This document shows positions 53,301-63,200 of a stretch of 64,000 bases of DNA, piece after piece. The notes under the pieces were generated by a model. The model did not search any database and was not told the DNA's origin. It saw only the letters and a list, made by a program, of their open reading frames with translations. Location: the NCBI GenBank assembly GCA_008369845.1, contig MRSU01005687.1, positions 1 through 64,000 on the forward strand, in the 5' to 3' direction. How positions within the stretch are numbered: the first letter of the stretch is position 1; each line of letters opens with the position of its first letter. Source of the stretch: Trichomonas gallinae. Lineage: Eukaryota. The translations under genes and the position numbers were made by a program.

Positions 53301-55352
53301 GTCAAACTGGAATTCACATACATCGATTCTAGATCAACAAGATTCATCGAAAACTTAGTCACAGCAATCTCACAGAATGTTGGCTCACATCTGCTCAAAA
53401 CGAACATGGCTCCACTCAGAAACTTGAGAGAAACATGCGACACGAATTTCTTGGACGTACAGAACTTCCCACCATCTGTCGCATCTATTGTTCCAGAAGA
53501 ATTATGGCCGCATGAAGCAGAAGCAGCCAAATCAGGCAAAGGAATTTTCGGCTGCTACAAAGTGCCAAGCAGCGTCAAGCATGTTTATTCACATATTGGC
53601 GCTGTCACTTTCGAAAGCCATTCCACAGGCGAAATCCAATTTGATGAGAATTATGCCAAAGCGATTTATTCTTGCTTTACACAGAACTCTACTGGTGAAA
53701 TCACAGGATACACAAGCCGCGCACCACCTATTACAGATCCAGCCAAAATCCCGCAATACTTGGCGACAGTTATAACATGCTTCCCACCTCAGATATCATC
53801 CAGTGTCGTTGAGCTTGGTGTCCAAATCATTTCTCACATCTGCGTCGCAACTGGAGGAAATATGACTGACCTGGCTCCTTTAGTCGAAGAGATGCTCGTC
53901 GAACAAATGCCGCACATGAGGATCTTTGTCGCGCTGGCATCTCAACGCATCATTCGCCCGCACCTCATTGAGTTCTTGCTGATGAACTTCTTCGAGGAAA
54001 ACGGCATCGAAGGCATCGACATTGATCCTCTTCTCGCTTGGCTCCACGATTGTCTGATTGTTCAGAAGACTCTCATTCCCTCAGAGTTCGGCAGACTTCT
54101 CGCTTTTATCTCGACAGCAAAAATTCCGTTCAACGATACAGTTAAGGACCTCATCAATCTCTACATGAATTGCGCAATCGAAGAGCAGAAGCCGCCAAGA
54201 ATTTCTCCTGTTTCAAGTAAGTTCGAGAAAGTAATGTTGAACGATTTCAACTCTGCGCACACGAATGCCACGTCTATTACGAATTTCTTTAAAGAATTCG
54301 CTGAGCACCTCAAGAAGACTGAAGTCTGGACGAACTTGATAAAGACAGCTTATCCTGATAGAAGATTGGATTTGCTACAGATCTTCTTCGGCATCATGGA
54401 ATACTGCAAAGCCCAGGATTTACAGATTCTCCAGATCTTCTTGCGCGTCATGTTCGAAGCTTTCACGAAATCAAACATCGATGGATACTTCTTCTCCACC
54501 GTCATCTCATCAGTAGTTTTGCAACTCCGTAACAGATCAATACACTACGCAAAGATGTTCGGTGGTTTCTTGAATGATACAACGCCGCTCAAATATCCTC
54601 GTTTCACACCGGTTTGGCTCTTCCTCTTCCCGCTCGTTATTCCTCCACTTTTAGCAGACGATTCACTCCACCCGCCTTTGAGCTTGCTCGTCGACAGTCT
54701 TCTCGCTCCACTCAATAGATTCCCGGCTGACTGGCTCAGCAGGCCGCATTTCAAGAAGTACTATAAAGCTGTCTTAAGGTTGATGTTGCTTTTAGTTCAC
54801 GACAATCCTAGATTCGTCGCGAGTTTCGCATTCGATTTCGTCAACGAAATTCCGCTGAAATTTAGAAGAGTAAGAAATATTATCCTTTCATGCAACGCTC
54901 CTGAAGTACCACTCAATCTCCTCTGCCGCTCTGAAGCTCAGAAATTAATACGCGAGCTGACAGCAGGCCAAAAAACATTCCCAGACTTTATTGCAAGCAA
55001 TGGAAATAATCTCAGCCACTCAACATTCGAAGACGTTTTCTTCTACATCTACAGTATTATGCCGTTCGAGCAGGTCCTTTGGACATATGCGAGGGGCTTC
55101 ATGCTCGCGGTAGAAGGAGTGGAAGAAGCTACGATGGTCTTGGAGGCGCTTTTCGATGGATTGAGATGTAATTCGAAGCAGACGGCTACTTTTGAGTCAA
55201 CAATTTTGAGGATTTACACGGAGATCGACAAAACTTACAACCAGCTCACTTGCAAGGATATAATCGATTCCATTGTCATGGCGAGGGCGGATAACCTCTC
55301 GCCGATCCCTTACGGCATTCAGTCCATAAAGGCTAAGCTCTCTGATGAATAA
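50331..55352 (+). CDS. CNOT1: CCR4-NOT scaffold Not1-like protein
   Basis: FPPCPWTISILSAL, TKDFARS, PLKYPRFTPVWL, YYKAVLRLMLLLVHDNPRFV...IPLKFRRVRNIILS and terminal PIPYGI match the order of Not1 motifs. Confidence 0.88.
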   Translation: MRSGSSSSNPSLFIPQTSLGDIYLKLITSIPEDSPHLLHIIQFITSSSFLTNFGSFQFAVTMAKMLEDYPERGKITLQVFEKLVDYPIIHRIVNLVKKIDPKFFSDINENVQPKIASIFSFSTEKDVAELAKQYTFSQNKSVRFKHEGSFVSISDVFNEASAENGDNYSTKSLQCIEQFQPYTENDVADFVINLVSNKSPISKDIATRDRNTLFSLLRQFKNSKITLEQLIKAFDSRSVIISSMASFNHFISAIKEVTGSRSVPIGSFLGQWDHPKTQLNFLQHIINSQPIAVQFPRSQPTKINPILIGDFKGDHWRYPEFIVALANLYNELPEEINALLAQLSPSNSTALLLVSLASLGETSSFAGQLLSNLVTCNSQYMCGISTLWAMNSNFLIDTCAKLHEDKPIMLSRIYDIADDLCVLEEFKSRSPPKFRAVLEIFDFFRHGNDFRVFLKNLKNPELAMQIFERPTDFGFIIPMSVERRLSTDDKNMYSADLLFFLYLKEIFDSLDENMRTRTIPSLFQKCCERTKKLTQCEFRWHQKVTAPPSPRPAKDEDLTTLAMKTEKRETEKFRTIVASLVSDFPRDKNAAEKNGKNLGILLSRNLLCPSDSVSAISLINRGLSLRENSNGFIFAREALKEIAPGFKLLLPFARQIVTSSQVKKSLPEVYDAAVSALKPEVCQLQQEEAIQPTVFDIHPKLKRFRYIHPDDENPMKTGNFDAYALAVIEQEMRKNGNDMSINSDVEQNCIEAALYQIHSIILNGDKQAMWKLTRLARWLASRTISNSNPSFGKFLNLTDLVLYSYENNLLSLTLPFLATLFEKVPQCFFPPCPWTISILSALGAIYRLPYLKRTLMSMIKSIFDLFNCGITDIEPHRLRPLETLPMKDSDFLFPPLNFEIPVISRDKLYAGDIFSIVSVVSRFFKGADNQTTKEVALFVHSKVPAIAKSAYETAFSLATKDFARSKDSHAAETFALTLLKTLCKSLATVAVKLEFTYIDSRSTRFIENLVTAISQNVGSHLLKTNMAPLRNLRETCDTNFLDVQNFPPSVASIVPEELWPHEAEAAKSGKGIFGCYKVPSSVKHVYSHIGAVTFESHSTGEIQFDENYAKAIYSCFTQNSTGEITGYTSRAPPITDPAKIPQYLATVITCFPPQISSSVVELGVQIISHICVATGGNMTDLAPLVEEMLVEQMPHMRIFVALASQRIIRPHLIEFLLMNFFEENGIEGIDIDPLLAWLHDCLIVQKTLIPSEFGRLLAFISTAKIPFNDTVKDLINLYMNCAIEEQKPPRISPVSSKFEKVMLNDFNSAHTNATSITNFFKEFAEHLKKTEVWTNLIKTAYPDRRLDLLQIFFGIMEYCKAQDLQILQIFLRVMFEAFTKSNIDGYFFSTVISSVVLQLRNRSIHYAKMFGGFLNDTTPLKYPRFTPVWLFLFPLVIPPLLADDSLHPPLSLLVDSLLAPLNRFPADWLSRPHFKKYYKAVLRLMLLLVHDNPRFVASFAFDFVNEIPLKFRRVRNIILSCNAPEVPLNLLCRSEAQKLIRELTAGQKTFPDFIASNGNNLSHSTFEDVFFYIYSIMPFEQVLWTYARGFMLAVEGVEEATMVLEALFDGLRCNSKQTATFESTILRIYTEIDKTYNQLTCKDIIDSIVMARADNLSPIPYGIQSIKAKLSDE

Positions 55353-56055
55353 AAAAAAGAAAAAAGAAAAGAAGAGAAAAACACAGAAAATATCAAAAAT
55401 GCGCATTTTTTTTTTTCATATGAAACTAATTCACTAATATAGGATTATTATATCGGAATAATATAAATACAACTAAAGGGAGGAGTTATATAATATTGCT
55501 AATTAATTCGCAATAATTTTACAACAAATAGTCAAGATAAACCAATAATTTCATTGAATTGTTTGATTAATATTAAGTTTGTATAAAGAAATTTTAGCAA
55601 GTTATGGTTTAAATCAAATTCTAATAACTATATATCATTCGTATTAACTTTTTTATTGCAGTTTTGAATTAGAGCTTGCTAAATTTTGATTCTATGTGTC
55701 TATTGATTCTATATGACTAATATTGATTTTTAGCAATTAATTAATTAGTCATAAATAAGGAAATTTGGAAAAGTAATAAATAGTAATTACTAATATTTTC
55801 AATCAAAAATATGGAAATTTGGATTTTTTATATTTCGGACATTTGAAAAATGGTAATAAATCGACAATTATGATCTATTATTCATTTTATACACATATCA
55901 ATCACAAATGAACAAAAATTTTGTTAATTTTTTTTAACCAAAAATTTTAAGCATTTCTTTTGATTCATTCAAGTATAGATTTGTTATTCATTAATATAAA
56001 TTTTAACAAGTCTTTATCAATAATATACCAAAAAACGTTCCGAAAATTTTATATT

Positions 56056-56631
56056 TTAACAACAACCAGATTTCTTCTTTCCTTTTTGTGGTTCTGCTTC
56101 AAGATGAACTCCAACATCTTGAACTTCTTCTTTTTGTGGTTTCTGAGGTTCAACGGTGACATCATAAAATAATTCTTCGACACCTTCGTTTGTAAGTGCC
56201 GAGCAAAAGTACACGTGGTCATATTGTTGCGCTAGACGCATCCGAAATTGCTCTTGGTTATCATTTAACAGATCTATTTTATTAATTACAACAAATGGAA
56301 TCGCAGTAGGGACCTGTTCTGCAATTTTCATCCATTTGTCAATGGATGTGATTGATTGCTGATCGTTTGCTGCTGCACAAATTATGATTACATCAGAATC
56401 TCTTGTGTATAAAGGGACGAGAGAGTGATATTTCTCTTGACCTGCAGTATCCCATAATAGTAATTCAACTTTTTCGTTCTCGACTTCTTGCATTGTTTTC
56501 AAGTGTGATGATCCGATTGTTGAAGCTAGATCCGCGTCGAATGTTCCCTTGACTTTCCTGTTGATGAGAGACGTCTTTCCAACACTGGAGTCACCGACAA
56601 AAGAAACTTTAAGGGATTTTTTGGTTATCAT
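56056..56631 (-). CDS. Rab-family small GTPase
   Basis: GDSSVGKTS, STIG, WDTAGQE, NKID and CSAL motifs with a C-terminal CC prenylation site; Inr-like TTTCATTTT just upstream of the ATG. Confidence 0.96.
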   Translation of the reverse strand: MITKKSLKVSFVGDSSVGKTSLINRKVKGTFDADLASTIGSSHLKTMQEVENEKVELLLWDTAGQEKYHSLVPLYTRDSDVIIICAAANDQQSITSIDKWMKIAEQVPTAIPFVVINKIDLLNDNQEQFRMRLAQQYDHVYFCSALTNEGVEELFYDVTVEPQKPQKEEVQDVGVHLEAEPQKGKKKSGCC

Positions 56632-56844
56632 TCAAAATGAAATTGAAAAATGATCGTGAATTTGACATTTATCAATTTTACATGTCAATTGTCTTGAAAT
56701 TACTCGTATTTTCTTCCATCATATGTGTGCCAAGAAAAAAGTTATTAACATGCGGTCATTTTTGAATAAAACCGTTTTTAGAAATTTTTTGATTATTAAC
56801 ATTAATGACAAGCTTAATTCAAGATGATGGGGAATTTATAAAAA

Positions 56845-57221
56845 TGATGCATGAACTTCTAATGATGACATGTAAATACAACAAATGACGCGTAAATTTC
56901 TAATATTGACATGTAAATTTCTCAGAATTAGCAGATTTTTTTTAATATTGACACGTAAATCTGAACAATGACGCATAAAATCCAAATTATGTCATGTAAA
57001 CAATATTATGACATGTATAATTATCAAGGATATAAAGCAATTTCAAAATATTGCTACGATGTTTATGGCTTGTAAAATGGTAATGCATATAGAGCATTTA
57101 TATTCCAAAGTTTCAAGCTCGGAAATAGTATTTGCATGTGTGATTACATCTCTTTATTATGCTATATAAAAGCTATATAAATTTTCATATGACATGTAAA
57201 TATATAATTATGTCATGTAAA
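56845..57221. promoter_or_regulatory. Regularly spaced array of TGAC(A/G)(T/C)GTAAA-like motifs in a divergent promoter
   Basis: Copies at 56866, 56886, 56907, 56949, 56969, 56990, 57009, 57190 and 57211; a degenerate copy at 56845. Confidence 0.7.
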
Positions 57222-57247
57222 TGTCAAAATTCCAAAATAAAATCTGT

Positions 57248-60200
57248 ATGTATAACTTTCTTTTCTTGCTTATCCCATTTTTGGGATATGCAACGCTAAA
57301 TGCTACATTAGCATTGAAGCGGCGGAAACGAGAAAATGGTTTATCTAAAAGACAATTTGAAGAAGATTCAGAGGGAGAATTTTCTATTCAAAATGTCGAT
57401 GATGAATATGATGTTTCTAAGATCTCAATCAATAAAATATCATATCATGATCAAGATACCATTCTGTTTCCTTCAGAAACTGAAGTACAAATCGTAGTCG
57501 ATCAAGTGAACATCGAAAGAAAAACAGATGACTCATTAAATTCGGAAGATATTTACAAAGAAATAAGCACTCATGTTGTTCCATCTGTATTTTCTCATGC
57601 TTTACCTTTGATAAATATTCATTTTAATAAATTAATCGATCAAAATTCAAAAGAATCTACTGAAATTATACACACAGATGCATATATTGACTTTACTAAG
57701 TCAATTATTGAAATCAGCGATAGTGAAACTAAAAATTATCCAATAATTTTTGGAAAAAGCGACCAAGAAATCATAGAAAATCACCAAAAGTCAATCACAA
57801 AACGTCTGTGTTTGAGTGATATACAGAACGAAGTCACTGCTTTACCAGAAAATGATATGAATATTGAATCAAACGACGTTTTCGATCGCAATGTTAATCA
57901 TCAGTATTCAACCTTGACAGGAAATCCAATGCTTGGTATTTCAGGTAGGTCTACTTACGAAAAATTTGAACATCTCAGTACTCCAAAGATGAATTATGCA
58001 GATTATCGCGCAATCCCAATTATAGAAAGAGAAAATCTCAGTACTCCAGGTTCTAATAATTATCATGCAGGATCATTATATATTGAGGAAGATAGTGTCG
58101 AAATTGAAGAGGAAATCGAAGAAGAATATTCAGAAATACAGTCAGAACTTGACGAAACCAACGTTTCTAATCTCGATTCTATTGAGCCAATTAATACTCA
58201 GCCAATTCAAGAAAAATCCGAACAATCCAATGAAGAATTAGCACAAGACATCGAAAATGAGGCACAAATTACACAATCAAACGAAAATAATCAACTTACT
58301 AAATTCGATATTATATTAATTAACGAGTTTGAACAATTGTATGACTCATTACAAGAAAACACAAATGAAGAACAATATTCTAATCCAAATATTCAACTTT
58401 GTTCAAATACTCAAAATATTTCAATCGAACCACAAAATATCGAGAAACAAATGGAATTAGATGACAAACAAACACAAAAGGATTCTAATTCTGAACAAGA
58501 AAACCCAGAAGAAGAAAGTTTTGGTGAAATTTCAACTCGCAATGCTCAATTTGAGCAAAAAACATTTGAAATAGACAGAAATTCAGTTGTTGAATACGAG
58601 TTTGAGTCACAGCAAGAAAATGCCGAAGAAGAAAGTTTCGATGGAATTATTGAAGAAAGAAATGTTGACTTCAACATAATTCCATTGCAAATCAACAATC
58701 AATCACGCCATGAGGTTCATATTGAGAATGAGGAAAACCTTACTCTTTCATCAATTGAATATCAATTTATAAATTCACAAATCTCTAGGAATTTCGAAGT
58801 TTCAACATTAGATCCAATTAATATCTACAAAGAAAACAACATTGCAGAACTTAGCTTGTCGTTGCCTCGAGAACTCAATTTACCAATTATTCAGGAAGAA
58901 AAACAAGCAAATTCTACACCAATAGTTGAATCACAGAATGAATCTGTTGAAATTCCACAATCTATTGTTTCTGATTCTAATGAATTTGAATCAAATTATA
59001 TCGATTGGCCAAATCAACTCGAATCAAATGGCCAATTTGCTCTTCAAAATAATGAAATTGCTTCAATTCCTGAATCAAGCTTAAATATCGAACTTTCTGA
59101 TCTTGTTTCAGTTCTCGACATTAAAGCAATGCCAATTCCACTAGAAAACTCGGAATATCTCGAATTCGATTTCATGCATCAAATCAAGTTGTATCAAAGC
59201 AATCTTCAGCACGAAATTCATCTTCCAATCGGCGCAAATCAGCTAAATTCATTATCATTTACTGACAATGAAAACATTTTCGGCAATGAAGCGGAAGAAT
59301 TAAAGCAAAATCCTTCATTATCACTTTCCAGTACTGAAGAGGTATTTAACACATTCATTAATGACACAGCTACACTTAATCCTTTAGTATTTTCTCAAAA
59401 CGAATCAGAAAAATCGCCGAAACAAACTTCTTCATTGTCTCTTACTAACAATGAATATATTTTCAGTATTTACCAAATGAATCAACACAATCCTTTAGTA
59501 ATTTCTCAAATTGAGCAAATCTTCAACAATGAATCAAAAGAAATTGAAAAACAGTTGCCTACATTCTCTCATTCAAATAATGAAGAAATTTTCGATAATT
59601 ATTCTCAAATCGAACAAAACAACAACAATAATAAAGTAGACGTTTTAACAACAAAACAGTTGCCTACGTTGTCGTATACTAATGCTGAAGATATCTTCGA
59701 TTTTAACACTAGTGATAAGTATTCAATGATTCAACACAATCCTTTGGCATTTTCACAAATCGAACAAATCTTCAACATTGATAAAGAAGAGCAAATTCCT
59801 AAGAAATCCGAGTTTTACACAATTCCTGATATAGTTTTGTCGAAGAGTGAAACAGTCCAATTCAATGTTGATAATAAGGACGAAGCAAGCACATGGAGTA
59901 TTTCACTGACAGAATATTTCGGCTTTGGAGCCACAGAAAGTGTTTTGTCAATATCAAACGACACGATATATTATGACCAATCGCTTGAAGATGAAAAGAA
60001 GAGCAAGCTTGAGTCATCAAAAGTCGTAAGCTCTCACATTCCGTCGGAAGAGATCCATTTGGCTACGTCAAATGTTCTCGAGAAGCATCAGTTCATACCA
60101 TCATCAGCTTTAACACGCTCCCAGACTACAGAACTATTCTTCTTTGATTCAACAATGCTTCCTAAATACGGCTTCGAATTGCAAACATTCCAAGACGAAC

Positions 60201-63200
60201 AGCTTGATTCTTCAATCCCAGAATTCAAATTAAGCAACACACAGTTCCACAGTCCAATCTTTGAAAATCCATACACAAAGAATGTATATATGCAGACTTA
60301 TTATCTATACATTTCTCCTGACCAAGAAGATTTCGAAGAGAACATTTACCAAAACCCAGAAACTGAAGAAGAGAAGACAGTTAATCAGGAGCATTATCAA
60401 TTAATTATCAGTGATGTTTCAACAATTGATCGCGCATCAGTCGCACAACCAGTATCATTGGAAACATCAGAATTGATCGAAGGACAATCATTGGATCTCG
60501 ATGAATCTAAGGAGCTAGAAATTTGCGACTCAGCTGCTTTCATGATATCACCAGACGAAAACCACAATGAGATTTGCTCAATTCCATCATCACAGTTTGA
60601 CATTTTCTACAACCAGAATCTCTCGATTTACAATGACTTCACAAGCAGCATCGACATCAAATCGAAGCCGATTACTTTGTCGAAATTTACTTACCAGTCA
60701 ATATCAATCGAATCCGATAATGAAGCAATAGTATCAGACCGCAGCGCATTTGTTGATTACGATGGAGAAGGTCGTCGTGATCTTTCAAACTATTCTTCGT
60801 CTCCATTGAGCATTGCTCCTGAGTCCAAACCAGTTTTATCTTCTCAATCGCAACCTACTCTCACTGTTGAACCAGCTGAACACAATCTAGAGTTCTACAC
60901 AGGAGAATCTGAGTTGGTTGATTCAGCGTATCCGCTCTTCTTCATGAGTAATTGTTCTCATTTCTCCCTCAGCACAATTACACAAGATCTCAATATTGCT
61001 AAAACTCCATCAATTACCATTCATCCATCTCACTCGGAGCTTGAAGAAAATGTCAGCTTCACTCTTGATATTGACCATGCTTCGATTGAAGAAAAAAGCG
61101 AAGATAAGATTGAGAAACTCGTGTTTACAGATTATGAATCAATGTTAGAAGTTACTCCTTCTCAAACAATCAACTTTGAAGAAAAGTCCCAGAAATTAGA
61201 GTTTAATGATTATGAATCAGTATTTGAAGTTTCTCCTTCTCAAACAGTCACTGATGCTCAAACACAATCTCAAGTTATTCTACCTCAAACAGAAATTCGC
61301 AGCTATTCACCAGATTTGAGTGTTAGTTATATCCAGGAATACAGTCAATGTCCAGAGATAGAACTCACATCTCACAATGAAGTTTTGAGTGAAATCAATC
61401 CAATCACACAATCATTCTCAATCAGCGAACCTGGCTACAGAATGATCACTAATCCAGTAACAACCGAATTTGAGATTTCACAGAGTGATCCATTGTTTGT
61501 TGACAACAAAGTCGAACAACCTTCATCGAGACTTCATCTTGATCTTGTTTCATCATCATCAGATTACCACTTCATTGAATCTAAGCCAACGCTGACATAC
61601 ATGAAACCAAGTGAGCAGTTCTACTGCATCAAAGATTATCCAACCCTTCTTCTTAGTATTGATGAATTAACATCAGTTGACATTTGTGAAGTTTTGAAAG
61701 ACACATCTAATGATGATATCAATAGTGACAAATCTAAGGAAGAACATGTTCTTGCCATGCCAGAATTCACAATTTCATCTATTATTGAACTTCTTTCAAT
61801 TGAATCCCACAAGATCGAAGAAGATCTTCAAAATGATGAAAATGAAGTTCATTCTAGTGATATTCGTCTTCCATCACTTAATCTATCAACAATTTATGAC
61901 ATTTTATCAATTGATTCACCAACGAATGACATAACACTTTCATTCTCTACAGCAGAAGAATTCAGCATCAATGATCAATCATCCACATTGTCTCTACAAC
62001 AAGCTGCTGACCAGTTCTCCGTTTCACCTCATAAGCAACTTATTCCTCTTGATGTCTCATCAATCAATTCTCATGAATCAATTCGTGAACTTTCATTGGC
62101 CATGAGTCCGAAGAATGAGATATATGATGGCGATGCTGGTAAGAAACAATCAGCACTTTCAATCAATAACAATCAGCTATTTGATGTTGAGTCTGTTTCA
62201 AGTCCGAAGAACTTAACAACATACTCGTCCGGAGAAGGAATTTACATCCCATTACAAGTTGCAACTCTCTCAATCTCAGGGTCAGAACACCAAGAAATCA
62301 CCAATGTTTCAGCAATACTTAACATCACTGCCTGCGAGTCTACAGACATCAAACACGACCCACCGACATTCACATTCAGCAACGCTTACCAGTTCTTCTC
62401 TTCACCATCATTATCATACAAACCAGAGATTTCCATTTCAACTGATTTGTCATCTGAATATGAATCTCAAATGTCACCCGTTCAATATTGTATTTCATCA
62501 CAAGATCCAATCATCTCTGTCGAAACAAAAGAACACAAATTGTCATCATTCACAAGCGAATCATATAAGATTCCATCAACATCTCCCGAATTTTCATATA
62601 GTCAACCATCATATCTCACAATCAGCAGTGCTGCCGCTTCTTCACCTAGATCACCTAGCCGCTCTCCAGTCAAGCGCTTCACCCGTTCATCCAAATCAGA
62701 AATCACACATGTTTATGATGACTACATCCAGATCTCATCATCAATTAATCTTGAATCGAAGAATGATACCGTATTCGATTTAGAGTCGAATAATGCAATG
62801 TTCGAAATGAGTCAGTTGACACACACTCAATATCCAGGTATTTATGATGATTACAGCCCAGAACTTACAACAGAAATTATTGCTGAATATGAATATTCTT
62901 TAACACCAGCTATATCATATTTCAAATATGGCGATGTTTCTGTTTCTCCAATTATAACTGTACTTGAGTTCAGCACAATATCTCATTATGAATCTGAGAC
63001 TACAATCGACTCTACACAACATTCTGATGATGAAGATGCTCACAACAAGTTAGAGTTCTCTGAACTCAAGACAATCTTTGATGAACAACGTCATCAGTCA
63101 GAGCTTGCTGTCAGCGAATCATTTGCTGAATCTACAAAGAATGAAGAAGTTCACAAAGAATCTCCACAACTCTCAAAGTCTGACTTTGTTTTGTACTCAG

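Noticed and set aside
56845..57221. CRISPR-like reading of the regularly spaced motif array
   Set aside because: The repeats are only 11 bp with ~10-bp spacers, the context is eukaryotic and no cas genes are present.
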